A stretch of 64,000 bases of DNA from the NCBI GenBank assembly GCA_902548635.1, contig CACCSH010000005.1, positions 9,398 through 73,397 on the forward strand. The letters are read 5' to 3'. Below, one piece after another: positions 22,624 to 33,273 of this stretch. Origin of the DNA: an uncultured SAR116 cluster alpha proteobacterium (GTDB taxonomy: Bacteria; Pseudomonadota; Alphaproteobacteria; Puniceispirillales; Marisalimonadaceae). Position 1 is the first letter of the stretch, and every line of letters begins with the position of its first letter. Under the pieces are notes generated by a model. That model was given only the letters and a program-made list of their open reading frames with translations, was not told the DNA's origin and searched no databases. Both the position numbers and the translations under genes were made by a program.

Positions 22624-23025
22624 TTAATTTCTAACCTCATTTCTCAAATGATATTTCCCGTGATCCATCCCACTAAAAATTTCTTCTAAATCAGGGTGCT
22701 CTAAAGGGCCATTCTCACCATCACCAACCAAGTTTTGTTGAGAAACATAAGCAGTATAAAAAGTTTCAGTATTTTCTGCCATAAGATGGTAGTATGGTTG
22801 TTCTCGAGAAGGTCGTATTTCAGCTGGTATAGATTGATACCATTCTTCCGTGTTAGAGAATTCAGGATCAACATCAACTATTACCCCTCTAAATGGGTAA
22901 ATACGATGCTTAACAATATCACCTATGTTAAATAAAGGATCTTTATAAACTTTTATTTTTTTTGATAAATTTGGCCTAGAAGTTAAATCTTCTTTTTTTT
23001 TATCATTATTTTTTTTTATCGACAT
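22624..23025 (-). CDS. hspQ: Heat shock protein HspQ (YccV)
   Basis: FNIGDIVKHRIYPFRGVIVDVDPEF, QPYYHLMAEN, AYVSQQNL. Confidence 0.93.
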   Translation of the reverse strand: MSIKKNNDKKKEDLTSRPNLSKKIKVYKDPLFNIGDIVKHRIYPFRGVIVDVDPEFSNTEEWYQSIPAEIRPSREQPYYHLMAENTETFYTAYVSQQNLVGDGENGPLEHPDLEEIFSGMDHGKYHLRNEVRN

Positions 23026-23061
23026 TTTACACCTTATGGATTCTGATATGATAAAGCAGAA

Positions 23062-23247
23062 CTAAACTTTTGATTTAACTTTTAAAATCTGCTTGCCATT
23101 ATACATGCCAGTCTTGAGGTCAATATGATGCGGTCTGTGTAATTCACCTGTGTCTTTACTTTCAACGAATGTATCAGAACTTAAAGAATCATGAGAACGT
23201 CTCATACCTCTTCTTGATCTAGTTATTTTGCTTTTGGGTACTGCCAT
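23062..23247 (-). CDS. rpmF: 50S ribosomal protein L32
   Basis: [19 protein letters not shown]...RPHH. Confidence 0.97.
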   Translation of the reverse strand: MAVPKSKITRSRRGMRRSHDSLSSDTFVESKDTGELHRPHHIDLKTGMYNGKQILKVKSKV

Positions 23248-23288
23248 AATAAACTCTCTGATAAAAAAATATTAAAATATTAAGCATA

Positions 23289-23364
23289 TGGTGGAGCTGG
23301 ACGGGATCGAACCGACGACCTCCTGCTTGCAAAGCAGGCGCTCTCCCAATTGAGCTACAGCCCC
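23289..23364 (-). tRNA. tRNA-Ala(TGC)
   Basis: Reverse complement GGGGCTGTAGCTCAATTGGGAGAGCGCCTGCTTTGCAAGCAGGAGGTCGTCGGTTCGATCCCGTCCAGCTCCACCA; G3:U70. Confidence 0.98.
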
Positions 23365-23500
23365 ATAAACTTTTCTTGTGTTAAATATCCTTTGAACTTC
23401 CTATCGTCAAGAATTATTATGTTTTAGAACCAAAATTATTAACATTTTTTAGAAATTAATATATGTATATTACCCTAATAATTTTATTTTAAGGCAAATA

Positions 23501-24493
23501 ATGATATTTGGAGAAATCAAAACAGAATCTTCACTTAATGGCATCTTGGCATCTTCATTAGTATTACATGAAAACAAAGATATAATTAAGGTTAAAAAGG
23601 GGACAATAATAAATGAAAATTTGATCAATTTGTTATTAAAAAATAATATTAAATTAGTAACTTGTGCCAAACTAGATAAAAATGACGTAGAAGAAAATAA
23701 AGCAGTTTACGAAATTTCAAAAAATATTCTAAATAATGAGCAATCAAATTTAACTATCAAAGATCCAAGACAAGGGAGATGTAATATAATATCAAATATC
23801 AATGGATTGTTGGTATTTAATCATGAACAGTTATTTTTAATAAATTCAGTAACAGATGAAATTGGAGTTGCGAGTTTAAAGCCTTATTCATATGTCAAAA
23901 AAAACCAAATAATTGCATCTATAAAAGCCATCCCTTTCGCAATAAATAAAGAAGTATTAAAACAAATAATTAAAGCATCAAATCATTGTTTTAAGGTCTT
24001 ACCATTCCTAAAAAAAAATGTTCACTTAATTCAAAGTCGTAATCAAAATACCCTTGAAAAGGTCCTGGAAAAAACTGTAGTTACTACAAAAAAAAGATTA
24101 CTTAATTGCGGTATTACAAGCATCTTAGAAAAGAAGTGTAATCATGAAATTAAATCATTATCATCAAAAATACATGAGAGCATTGACGAAAACGCAGACT
24201 TAATTTTAGTTTTTGGAGCTTCCGCAATATGTGATAAAAATGACATTGTCCCAAAATCTTTAAAAAAAAATAACGGAAAAATTTTACGCTTAGGAATGCC
24301 TGTAGAACCTGGAAATTTGATACTCTTAGGTGAGATTAAAAATGCATACAAAACAATTACTTTCATAGGTATGCCTGGATGCGCTCGTTCTCCAAAAGAA
24401 AATGGTGTAGATTGGATATTATGGCGAATCTTGTGTGGATTAGGCATCTCTAATAATAATATTAATTATATGGGAAATGGTGGATTATTATGA
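23501..24493 (+). CDS. Molybdopterin-binding (MoeA-like) protein
   Basis: MIFG, GRCNI, KAIPFA, FGASAICD, GMPVEPGNL, GMPGCARSPKENG, GGLL. Confidence 0.8.
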   Translation: MIFGEIKTESSLNGILASSLVLHENKDIIKVKKGTIINENLINLLLKNNIKLVTCAKLDKNDVEENKAVYEISKNILNNEQSNLTIKDPRQGRCNIISNINGLLVFNHEQLFLINSVTDEIGVASLKPYSYVKKNQIIASIKAIPFAINKEVLKQIIKASNHCFKVLPFLKKNVHLIQSRNQNTLEKVLEKTVVTTKKRLLNCGITSILEKKCNHEIKSLSSKIHESIDENADLILVFGASAICDKNDIVPKSLKKNNGKILRLGMPVEPGNLILLGEIKNAYKTITFIGMPGCARSPKENGVDWILWRILCGLGISNNNINYMGNGGLL

Positions 24494-24864
24494 AAAAAAG
24501 CTTTTACCAAATATACCATAATTCAAGATGTTCAAAATCAAGTAAAGCATTGGAACTTCTAAAGTTGAGAACTGAAAGTTACAAAATTATAAGATATTTA
24601 GAGATCGGAATTGATGAAAATGTACTATCGTCAATATTAGACTCAAAAAATATCCCAAAAGATGATTTGATAAGAAAAAATGAGATTACTTTTAAAAATT
24701 TTAATCTAAGTAAAATAGAACTAAACAAGAATGAAATTAAGAAACTTATTATTGAAAACTCCATCTTATTACAAAGACCATTAATTACTAAATACATTGA
24801 TGGTTTGTTAGTTAAATCAGTAATAGGACGACCACCTGAAACAGTAAATACTTTATTTAATTAG
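24490..24864 (+). CDS. ArsC/Spx family arsenate reductase-like protein
   Basis: YHNSRCSKS, LQRPLI, GRPPE. Confidence 0.88.
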   Translation: MKKSFYQIYHNSRCSKSSKALELLKLRTESYKIIRYLEIGIDENVLSSILDSKNIPKDDLIRKNEITFKNFNLSKIELNKNEIKKLIIENSILLQRPLITKYIDGLLVKSVIGRPPETVNTLFN

Positions 24865-25871
24865 AGTTTTGTTGTTTTACTCTTAATATTTAGAATACCA
24901 ATATGAGATTCATTTTTTAATTTTGACAATTCAATTTGTTTTTGTCGTTCTTTAAATTTTTGTTTTTGTTTTTTATTGGAAACATTATAACAGTGATGAC
25001 AACTTTCACCCTGAACAAAAAATTTATGCTTTTTATCCTCTTCATTTATAGGCATTCTGCAAGCAAAACACATATCATAATTACCTAATTTTAAGTTATG
25101 TTGAACAGAAACTCTATAATCAAAAACAAAACAACTACCATTCCATTTACTATGTTTCTCAGGGATTTTTTCAAGATATTTTAATATACCTCCTTCTAAA
25201 TGACAAACATCTTTAAAGCCGATTGATTTTAAATATGAGGTAGACTTTTCGCATCTGATACCTCCTGTGCAAAACATGGCAATTTTTTTATTTTTAATTT
25301 CAGGATCTTTTTTTATTAGGTTTTCAGATACCCACTTTGGAAATTCTCTAAAGTTTTTGATATTTGGGTTTAAAGCGTTCTCAAAAGTCCCAATAGATAC
25401 TTCATAATCATTTCTTGTATCTATTAACAATAGGTTTTCATCTGAAATTAATTCATTCCATTTTTCAGGTTCAATATATTTCCCTACTATATAATTTGGT
25501 GAAATATCTTTTATTCCTAAAGTTACAATTTCTTTTTTTAATTTAATTTTCATCCTAAAGAATGGATTTTTAGGAGCCAAAGAAAATTTAGGCTTGAGAT
25601 CAGTTAAATTTTCAATTTTCCAAATACTTTCTAAAGCTTCTGATATTTCATTTTTTTTACCAGAAATAGTCCCATTTATCCCTTCATTAGCTATCAGAAT
25701 AGTACCTTTAATCTCTGTTCTAAATAGAATTGAATTCAGTAAGGTTTGTAAATAAACAAGATTGTTTACATCAAAAAATTTATAAAATGTAACTACAATG
25801 TAAATATCATAATTTCTAATTGTATTTTCATTAGACTTTAAAAAATCTTGATAAACTAATTTTGGATACAT
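24861..25871 (-). CDS. trhO: Rhodanese-domain tRNA U34 hydroxylase (TrhO/YceA)
   Basis: EGINGT, KKEIVTLG, DTRNDYE, MFCTGGIRCEK, GSCFVFD. Confidence 0.92.
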   Translation of the reverse strand: MYPKLVYQDFLKSNENTIRNYDIYIVVTFYKFFDVNNLVYLQTLLNSILFRTEIKGTILIANEGINGTISGKKNEISEALESIWKIENLTDLKPKFSLAPKNPFFRMKIKLKKEIVTLGIKDISPNYIVGKYIEPEKWNELISDENLLLIDTRNDYEVSIGTFENALNPNIKNFREFPKWVSENLIKKDPEIKNKKIAMFCTGGIRCEKSTSYLKSIGFKDVCHLEGGILKYLEKIPEKHSKWNGSCFVFDYRVSVQHNLKLGNYDMCFACRMPINEEDKKHKFFVQGESCHHCYNVSNKKQKQKFKERQKQIELSKLKNESHIGILNIKSKTTKL

Positions 25872-25984
25872 TATATTTTATTTATTCCAAAGATTTAAAA
25901 AAAATAACACAAATCAAATAAATTATAATATACGTTAAAATATTATATTATTGAATACTAAAGTTTTTAGAATGGAGTTTTACA

Positions 25985-26431
25985 ATGTCTGAAATTGTTT
26001 TGGAGCAAATAACATTAGAAAAAGCAAATTTAATTATCAAAAATGCAATCAGTAAAGCAAGAGAAATAAAAATTAATCCTATTATGGTTGTTCTTTTAGA
26101 TCACCGCGGTGCAATAAAGGCCTGTTCTGGTGAAGATGGAATTAGTAGTTTACGTTTTCAAATAGCTCATGGAAAGGCTAATGGTGCATATCAGATGGGC
26201 ATGGGTTCAAGAGCATTGTTTAATAGAGCAGAACAACAAGCTTATTTTATAAACTCTGTGAACGCTCTTACAAATGGGGCTTTAGTTCCTGTACCAGGAG
26301 GTGTGTTAATAAGAGACAAAAATAATAACATTGTAGGATCTCTAGGAATTTCTGGTGATACATCAGATAATGACGAAATTGCTGCGGTTTCTGGAATTGA
26401 GTCAGTGGGATACAAAGCAGACATAGGATAA
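25985..26431 (+). CDS. GlcG/HbpS-family heme-binding protein
   Basis: IAHGKA, PVPGGVLI, GISGDTSDNDE. Confidence 0.88.
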   Translation: MSEIVLEQITLEKANLIIKNAISKAREIKINPIMVVLLDHRGAIKACSGEDGISSLRFQIAHGKANGAYQMGMGSRALFNRAEQQAYFINSVNALTNGALVPVPGGVLIRDKNNNIVGSLGISGDTSDNDEIAAVSGIESVGYKADIG

Positions 26432-26436
26432 AGTAT

Positions 26437-27096
26437 CTAAAAAGAACTCAAAATTAAAATTGGTGTTAAAATAAAAATAGATATTAACAGTATACCTTTT
26501 GATGATTTTTCATTAATGGATCTCACACTTTTTTGGTTTATTCTCGTATATCCATCAGTCATTCTTTGTATAATTTTATGTTTTTTTATAATTTGATAAT
26601 ATAAAATAGCTAAAATATGAGTTCCTACCAAAAAATATAAAAAAAAGTGAAGTAAATTATGAATATCTGTCCATAAGTATACATAGTTAGACGCTAAATG
26701 AGCAAGTGGTGCATCGTATAAAACGTCATCACTTGAAAACAACCCTGAAATGGACAATCCAATTAGGACAATTATAAAAGTTAAAGTTGAGAAACTACCA
26801 AGAGGCGTTCTTATTGATTTATTTTGATTTTTTTTTGAAAACTGCGTTAATGCTCCTTTTATAGATATATTAAAGCTTTCAAATTTTGAATAATAACTTC
26901 CAACAAATCCCCATAAAATTCTAAAAAAGATTAAACCTAAAATAGAGACACCAAAATATTGATGTATATTTAACATATCTAATTTAGCTGAGATATAAGA
27001 GCCTATGATAAGAATTATTAGAATAAAGTGGAACACTCTTAATGAAAGATCCCAGACTTTAAATTGATTATCTTTTTCTTGATCTGTTTGATGCAT
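26437..27096 (-). CDS. Cytochrome b (Ni-hydrogenase cyt b-like) membrane protein
   Basis: VWDLSLRVFH, HQYFG, RILWGFVG, SGLFSSDD, H...HILAI. Confidence 0.85.
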   Translation of the reverse strand: MHQTDQEKDNQFKVWDLSLRVFHFILIILIIGSYISAKLDMLNIHQYFGVSILGLIFFRILWGFVGSYYSKFESFNISIKGALTQFSKKNQNKSIRTPLGSFSTLTFIIVLIGLSISGLFSSDDVLYDAPLAHLASNYVYLWTDIHNLLHFFLYFLVGTHILAILYYQIIKKHKIIQRMTDGYTRINQKSVRSINEKSSKGILLISIFILTPILILSSF

Positions 27097-27136
27097 TTAT
27101 ATAATTAACGATTAAAGTTAAATTGAAAGGTTAAAA

Positions 27137-27775
27137 ATGAATTTAAGGTGGAATCTTAATATGAAAAATTCATTTTACAGTATTATTAAAATTGATGAAA
27201 GCTTTAAAAAAGTTTTTGAGCAATTTGGTTTGCCCCTTAATCGTACTGTCAAGGAAGGTTTTGAGAGTCTTGCTAAGATTATAATTGGACAACAAATTTC
27301 AACTAGTGTAGCAAAATCTCTAAGCGATAAATTAAAAAAAGATGGTATGTTAAATGAAAAGGAAATGTCTGAGGCCAGCATAGAACAATTAAGGCTTTAT
27401 GGGTTATCTTCTCAAAAATCATTTTATCTGAAAAATTTAGCAATATTAGTAGTTAAAAATGAAATTAATTTTGATTATCTTAATAAGCAAAATAGTGATG
27501 AAGTTACAAATTTATTGATAAAAATTAAAGGAATTGGACATTGGACAATTAATAATTACAAAATATTTGCTCTACAAGATACAAACGCTTGGCCATCTGC
27601 TGACTTAGCCCTGCAAGAAGCTGTTAAACTATTAAAAGGTTTAGAAACAAGACCAAATGAAAAAGAGATGGAAAAAATTGGAAATATGTGGAAGCCTCAT
27701 AGAGCGGCAGCAGCCCTATTTTTATGGCACTTTTACAATAAAGTAATAGTAGAAAAAGCAAGCTATACATTATGA
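27137..27775 (+). CDS. alkA: DNA-3-methyladenine glycosylase II (HhH-GPD)
   Basis: IIGQQIS, LIKIKGIGHWT, PSADLAL, WKPHR. Confidence 0.9.
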   Translation: MNLRWNLNMKNSFYSIIKIDESFKKVFEQFGLPLNRTVKEGFESLAKIIIGQQISTSVAKSLSDKLKKDGMLNEKEMSEASIEQLRLYGLSSQKSFYLKNLAILVVKNEINFDYLNKQNSDEVTNLLIKIKGIGHWTINNYKIFALQDTNAWPSADLALQEAVKLLKGLETRPNEKEMEKIGNMWKPHRAAAALFLWHFYNKVIVEKASYTL

Positions 27776-29553
27776 TTAGTTTAAAAAAACTTTTTCACTT
27801 AATTGATTTAGCAAGGAAATGTAATAAATGTGCAATGTTGCATTTTCAAAATCTTAGTTTTAATCAAGTAAAGTACAAAAATGACAACTCTCCACTTACT
27901 CAAGCAGATCTTGAAGTTAATCAAATAGCCGTTAATGGGATAAAAAAACTTTTTCCAAGGGTGAAAATTGTTAGTGAAGAATTTGAGAGATCTCAGAAAT
28001 TCTTCCGAAATAATAATGTTTTTTGGTTAATTGATCCAATCGATGGTACCAAAGAGTTTATAAATAAAAAGCCAAATTTCACTGTAAATTTTGCTCTTAT
28101 AAAAAATAATTTACCCATATTTGGATTAATATCACAACCTTACACTGGTAATATTTGGTATAACTTCAAAGGTAAGGCATGGAAATTAGAAAAAGATGAA
28201 GAATTTGAAAGTTCTAATCAAATACAATGTAATAAAATTGATTACAATAATCTAAAAATTTTAAGCAGCTTAAATCATAGATCAATAGAATTAGAAAATT
28301 GGCTTTCTATTGTTAATCCTGTTTCAGATCGAGATGTTGGATCTAGTATAAAGTTTTGTTATTTAGCTGAAGGTCAATTTGATTTTTATCCTCGCACTTC
28401 TCCAACTATGGAGTGGGACATCGCGGCTGGGCATAGTATTCTTAAAGCTGCTGGCGGAAATATTATTTCCAATTCAGGTTTGGAAATGAGATATGGTAAA
28501 GAAAATTTCAAAAATGAAAAATTCTTAGCTTATGGTCTTACTAATGATTTACCATGTAAGTTTCTGTTAAACCTTAGTAATACAAATAACAAAAAATATG
28601 AAGTTGATTTAACCTTGGCAACTAATGCTTTAAATAAAAAAGAACTAGTAGCGTTTCCTACTGAGACCGTCTATGGGATTGGTGCGATAGGAAATAGTAA
28701 AAAAGCAATTAAAAGCATATATTCTGCTAAAGATCGTCCATTAAGCAATCCTTTGATAGCTCATACATATAATAAAAACGAGGCTGAAAAATATGTTCAA
28801 TTTACTGATGTTGCAAATAGATTAACTAATAAATTCTGGCCAGGTCCACTGACCATAATATTACAAACAAAAAAAAATGATAAATCAAATCTATTATCAC
28901 AAGGTAAAAGTAGTCTTGGAATTAGAGTACCATCGCACCCCGTAGCACTTGATTTGCTAAAAAGAGTTAAAATCCCTATCCTGGCTCCTAGTGCAAATAA
29001 GTCTGGTGGTGTAAGTCCAACAACTGCTAAACATGTTATTGATGATTTTGGACCAAAATTTAAAGGTAATGGTTGGAAGCTTTCTAAAATAATTGATTAC
29101 GGGTTTTGTGAAGTTGGAATTGAATCTACTGTAGTTGATTGTCGTGGAGATGACCCAATTATACTTAGACACGGCTATATAACTGCTAAGATGATTTATA
29201 ATGCTATTAAAACTAAAGTCTTGGATATTAAAAGCAATGAAGAGATGATTTCTCCTGGACTATTAAAAAGTCACTACTCACCAAATGCAAATGTCCATTT
29301 AAATCAAAAATTTAATATGAAAAATAGTGGCTGGTTAATTTTTGGGAATACTCCAAAGTCATTGCAGAAAAAACAAAATCTGTTTAATTTAAGTCCTAGT
29401 AAAAATTTGATTCAAGCATGTTTTTTGCTATTTTCAGGGTTACGTTACCTAGACTCTTGTGGTGTTGAAAATATTCAAGTAATGCCAATACCCAACAAAG
29501 GAGTTGGAATTGCTATAAATGATCGCTTGAAAAGAGCGTCTTACAAAAATTAA
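27772..29553 (+). CDS. Fusion: CysQ 3'(2'),5'-bisphosphate nucleotidase + Sua5 threonylcarbamoyl-AMP synthase
   Basis: N-half SEE, WLIDPIDGTKEF, GSSIKFC, EWDIAAG; C-half FPTETVYG, KDRP..NPLI, PSAN, ESTVVD, SPG..KSHYSP, AINDRLKRAS; one open frame. Confidence 0.92.
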   Translation: MISLKKLFHLIDLARKCNKCAMLHFQNLSFNQVKYKNDNSPLTQADLEVNQIAVNGIKKLFPRVKIVSEEFERSQKFFRNNNVFWLIDPIDGTKEFINKKPNFTVNFALIKNNLPIFGLISQPYTGNIWYNFKGKAWKLEKDEEFESSNQIQCNKIDYNNLKILSSLNHRSIELENWLSIVNPVSDRDVGSSIKFCYLAEGQFDFYPRTSPTMEWDIAAGHSILKAAGGNIISNSGLEMRYGKENFKNEKFLAYGLTNDLPCKFLLNLSNTNNKKYEVDLTLATNALNKKELVAFPTETVYGIGAIGNSKKAIKSIYSAKDRPLSNPLIAHTYNKNEAEKYVQFTDVANRLTNKFWPGPLTIILQTKKNDKSNLLSQGKSSLGIRVPSHPVALDLLKRVKIPILAPSANKSGGVSPTTAKHVIDDFGPKFKGNGWKLSKIIDYGFCEVGIESTVVDCRGDDPIILRHGYITAKMIYNAIKTKVLDIKSNEEMISPGLLKSHYSPNANVHLNQKFNMKNSGWLIFGNTPKSLQKKQNLFNLSPSKNLIQACFLLFSGLRYLDSCGVENIQVMPIPNKGVGIAINDRLKRASYKN

Positions 29554-29572
29554 AATATTAATTAGGAAAAAA

Positions 29573-31030
29573 ATGCAACAAACACTTTTAGATATTGATC
29601 TCAGAACACTTAATCTAAAACACCCACCTTTATTCAATAAAGATGATCATAGCAAATACGTGAATGACTGGCGAGGACAATATAAAGGACAGGCTGCAGC
29701 TATATTGAAACCTATTAATACAGAAGAAGTTTCAGCTATCTTAAGATTTGCCCATAAAAATAATGTTGATGTTGTTCCTCAAGGAGGAAACACAAGCCTC
29801 TGTGGGGCAGCAACCCCAGACAACAGCGGAAGATCTATCATTATTTCATTAGAGAAAATGAATAATATTCGACAATTTAATAAAGCTGCTCAAACTATTA
29901 CTGTTGAGTCCGGGATGGTACTATCTCAAATTCACGAGATAGTAGAAAATGAAAATTTGTTTTTTCCACTAAGTTTAGGTGCTAAAGGATCATGCATGAT
30001 CGGTGGGAATTTATCAACAAATGCTGGTGGCGTTAATGTTTTAAAATATGGTAATACAAGAGAACTTTGCCTTGGTTTAGAAGTGGTTTTACCGGATGGT
30101 AAAATAATGAACCTACTTTCAGAACTGAAAAAAGATAATACTGGATACGATTTAAAAAATATTTTTATTGGAGCGGAAGGTACTCTTGGTATAATAACTG
30201 CGGCTACTTTGAAACTTTTTCAATTGCCAAAAATGATCTCTACATTATTTGTAGAAGCAGATAGAATATCTAATGCTATAAAATTACTTAATGTTTTCAA
30301 GTCATATTTTCCAGACAGAATTGAATCATTTGAGCTTATGCCAAAAGTTTTCTGGGAGGTTGCTAAAAATAATATCGAAAAAATTATACTACCTTTAGAG
30401 AAAACGCCTGAGATGGGTGTTTTGATAGATATTTCTAGTTACTCTAAAGATGATACTTCTCCTAATGAAGAAGGTGAAATCCCAATAATTAAAACAATTG
30501 AGAATGTATTGGAAGAATGTTTTGAAAAAAACTTAATATCTGACGCAACTATTTGTAAAAATGAAAATCAAAGTAAATCATTATGGTCAATTAGAGAAGC
30601 CGCTGCCGAGTCTGAAAAAAAAGAACTTGAAAAATCTAACTTAATTAAATGTTTAAAACATGATATTTCTCTTCCTGTCGAATCTATTGACGATTTTCAT
30701 AAAGATGCACAAAATATGATATCAAATTTTTTACCAGAATTAAGAACTATATATTTTGGACACTTAGGTGACGGCAATCTTCATTATAATATTTTTGGAA
30801 ATGGATCATTACCAGATGGATTTAAGGGTGAAAGCCAAAATTTATCTAATAAGCTTTATGAGATTGTCCATAAATATAATGGATCTTTTTCTGCTGAACA
30901 TGGAATTGGGCAATTAAAGAAAATTAACTTAAAAACTCACAAAAACGATGTTGCCTATTCTCTTATGAAGATTATAAAAAATCAATTAGACCCAAAAGGA
31001 ATTATGAATCCCGGCAAAGTTTTATTTTAA
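29573..31030 (+). CDS. FAD-binding oxidoreductase (D-2-hydroxyacid dehydrogenase family)
   Basis: PQGGNT, GGNLSTNAGG, KDNTGYDL, GAEGTLG, FGHLGDGNLH, SAEHGIG, DPKGIMNPGK. Confidence 0.92.
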   Translation: MQQTLLDIDLRTLNLKHPPLFNKDDHSKYVNDWRGQYKGQAAAILKPINTEEVSAILRFAHKNNVDVVPQGGNTSLCGAATPDNSGRSIIISLEKMNNIRQFNKAAQTITVESGMVLSQIHEIVENENLFFPLSLGAKGSCMIGGNLSTNAGGVNVLKYGNTRELCLGLEVVLPDGKIMNLLSELKKDNTGYDLKNIFIGAEGTLGIITAATLKLFQLPKMISTLFVEADRISNAIKLLNVFKSYFPDRIESFELMPKVFWEVAKNNIEKIILPLEKTPEMGVLIDISSYSKDDTSPNEEGEIPIIKTIENVLEECFEKNLISDATICKNENQSKSLWSIREAAAESEKKELEKSNLIKCLKHDISLPVESIDDFHKDAQNMISNFLPELRTIYFGHLGDGNLHYNIFGNGSLPDGFKGESQNLSNKLYEIVHKYNGSFSAEHGIGQLKKINLKTHKNDVAYSLMKIIKNQLDPKGIMNPGKVLF

Positions 31031-31089
31031 AATTAAATAATTTGAATTAAACTATCAATAAATAAGTTTTGTTAAATATAAGGAAAAAA

Positions 31090-33273
31090 ATGAAAATTTT
31101 TAAAATATTGTATATTTTAATATTTTTTATTTCTGTAGAGGCCTTTGGCCAAAAGGATAAAAGTTTATCATCAAATAGTGATGAAGTTAAATTCTCAAGC
31201 GACAACATAGAGGTAGATGAGAAAAATAAAATTGTAACTGCATCAGGTAATGTTGTGATCATCAATGATTCAAGAAAAATTAACGCTGACAAGGTTACAT
31301 ATAATCAAAATTCTGATAAGGCTATTGCTGTTGGTAATGTTATATTAACAGAAAAAGGTGGCTCTATCTATGAAACAGATGAAGCTATCTTAACAAATGA
31401 ATTCAAATCTGTCATCGCTATACCACTTTTTGGAAAATTAATTGATAAATCAAATGTTAGCGCTAATAAATTTGATAAAAATGATTTTGGTGAAAGTTTT
31501 TTTCATGAAGGTACATATACTGCTTGTGAATGTGATTTAAAAAAAGATGAAACACCAATATGGAGGCTGGAATCTAAGCTAATAAAACATGATCCAAAAA
31601 CTCAAACTGTTTACCTAAAACATCCTGTAATGAAAATATTTTCATTGCCTGTTTATTATCTTCCATATTTAAGTTTTCCAGATTGGACTATAAAAAGACG
31701 CTCAGGTTTTTTAACACCTGTTTATGGTTATTCAAAACAAAATAGGTTCCATATGAAAATTCCATATTATTTTGCTCCAGAAAATGATCCTACTTGGGAT
31801 ATGACATTTACATCTCACCAAAATGGAAAAACAGGACATGCTGACCAATTAAATATTAGAAAGGAATACGAAAAAACAACAGTAGAAGCAAATATTTTTA
31901 AAGGAAACTTAGATACTAATAAATCTAATGGAGACAACGTATTTGGTGTTAATCTGAAAGCATCATCTAATCTCAAAAACAACTGGACTATGAACCTTGG
32001 GGCTAAGTATGCCGACCAAGAAACTTTTATGAGGCGATATGGTTTTGATGGAGACTCAAAATATAAAAGTTATTTAGAGTTAGAAAAAATAAACGAAAAC
32101 TCACTTTCATTTATTGAAATCTATAACATTCAAAATCTAGATGAGAAAAGTAGTAACAATGAACCAGTATTAGCTCCATCAATATCACACCATATTTTTA
32201 ATAGTAACAAAAAATATAATTACGATATTAAGTTTAATGCTCACTCTATTTATAATGACGAAAGTTATGATATTAAAAGATGGTCTGGGTTTGGCAAAAT
32301 CAATAAAAAATTAAATTTTACGAATATTACTTTAGAAGCAGATGCAAATATCGGATTAGATTTATATTCTATTCAAGGAAGACCTTCAACTGATAGTAAC
32401 GAAAATAGATACATAGATAGAATTTCTTCAGGTTTTTCTATTTCAGCAAGTGATCAATATATTTTAATGAATGATGCAACAAGCTTTTTAATAGAGCCTA
32501 AAATTCAATTTAGCTCAGTTTTTTCTTCTGATAGGACCGATGAAGTTCCAAATAGAGACTCAGCAGAATTTAGCTTAGATGAGGCTAATTTATTTTTAAA
32601 CAATCAATTCCAAGGAAGAGACAATATTCAAAAAAACGATCGCCTAAATCTGGGTATTACATCACTTGTTATGACTAAAAACTTAGGTGATATAAATTTT
32701 TTTATAGGACAAAGTCAAAAAGTTAGTGGCACCCAAAAAAATATTACTTTGGCTAATGAAGATAGACAGTCACACATTATCAACTCAATAGACTGGAATC
32801 CAAGTGAAATGTATAAATTTTCGTGGTTTTCCTTATATAATCATCATAATTTTAAATCAGATACATCAGACTTTAATTTTAATGGGTCTTTTAAGGGATG
32901 GACCTATTCAGCAAACCATAAATCAGTTGATGGAGAATTTATTTCTAATAATATTGACCGGGAAGAATTAAAGTTAGGCCTTTCTAAGAACTTTGGTAAC
33001 TGGAATTCGATTTATTCTAGAACTTATGACTTAAACAATAATAGAGAAAGAGTTATTTCTGAAACTTTTGGATTAGAGTATACAGGCACGGGATATATGT
33101 TTGGAAATTGTCTTACTGTATTGTTAGAATATAAAAATAATGGTGGTTTAATAGACAGAGATTTAATACCAGAAAACTCTATTTATCTTACTTTTAATTT
33201 TAGAAATTTAGGAGAATATAATTGGCAACCAAAAGTAATTAATAAAACTCTATATAAAAATCTAAGGTATTAA
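31090..33273 (+). CDS. lptD: LPS-assembly protein LptD
   Basis: Signal peptide, OstA-like N-domain, YTAC, RRSGFL, PN.DS, C-terminal Cys (NCL). Confidence 0.88.
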   Translation: MKIFKILYILIFFISVEAFGQKDKSLSSNSDEVKFSSDNIEVDEKNKIVTASGNVVIINDSRKINADKVTYNQNSDKAIAVGNVILTEKGGSIYETDEAILTNEFKSVIAIPLFGKLIDKSNVSANKFDKNDFGESFFHEGTYTACECDLKKDETPIWRLESKLIKHDPKTQTVYLKHPVMKIFSLPVYYLPYLSFPDWTIKRRSGFLTPVYGYSKQNRFHMKIPYYFAPENDPTWDMTFTSHQNGKTGHADQLNIRKEYEKTTVEANIFKGNLDTNKSNGDNVFGVNLKASSNLKNNWTMNLGAKYADQETFMRRYGFDGDSKYKSYLELEKINENSLSFIEIYNIQNLDEKSSNNEPVLAPSISHHIFNSNKKYNYDIKFNAHSIYNDESYDIKRWSGFGKINKKLNFTNITLEADANIGLDLYSIQGRPSTDSNENRYIDRISSGFSISASDQYILMNDATSFLIEPKIQFSSVFSSDRTDEVPNRDSAEFSLDEANLFLNNQFQGRDNIQKNDRLNLGITSLVMTKNLGDINFFIGQSQKVSGTQKNITLANEDRQSHIINSIDWNPSEMYKFSWFSLYNHHNFKSDTSDFNFNGSFKGWTYSANHKSVDGEFISNNIDREELKLGLSKNFGNWNSIYSRTYDLNNNRERVISETFGLEYTGTGYMFGNCLTVLLEYKNNGGLIDRDLIPENSIYLTFNFRNLGEYNWQPKVINKTLYKNLRY

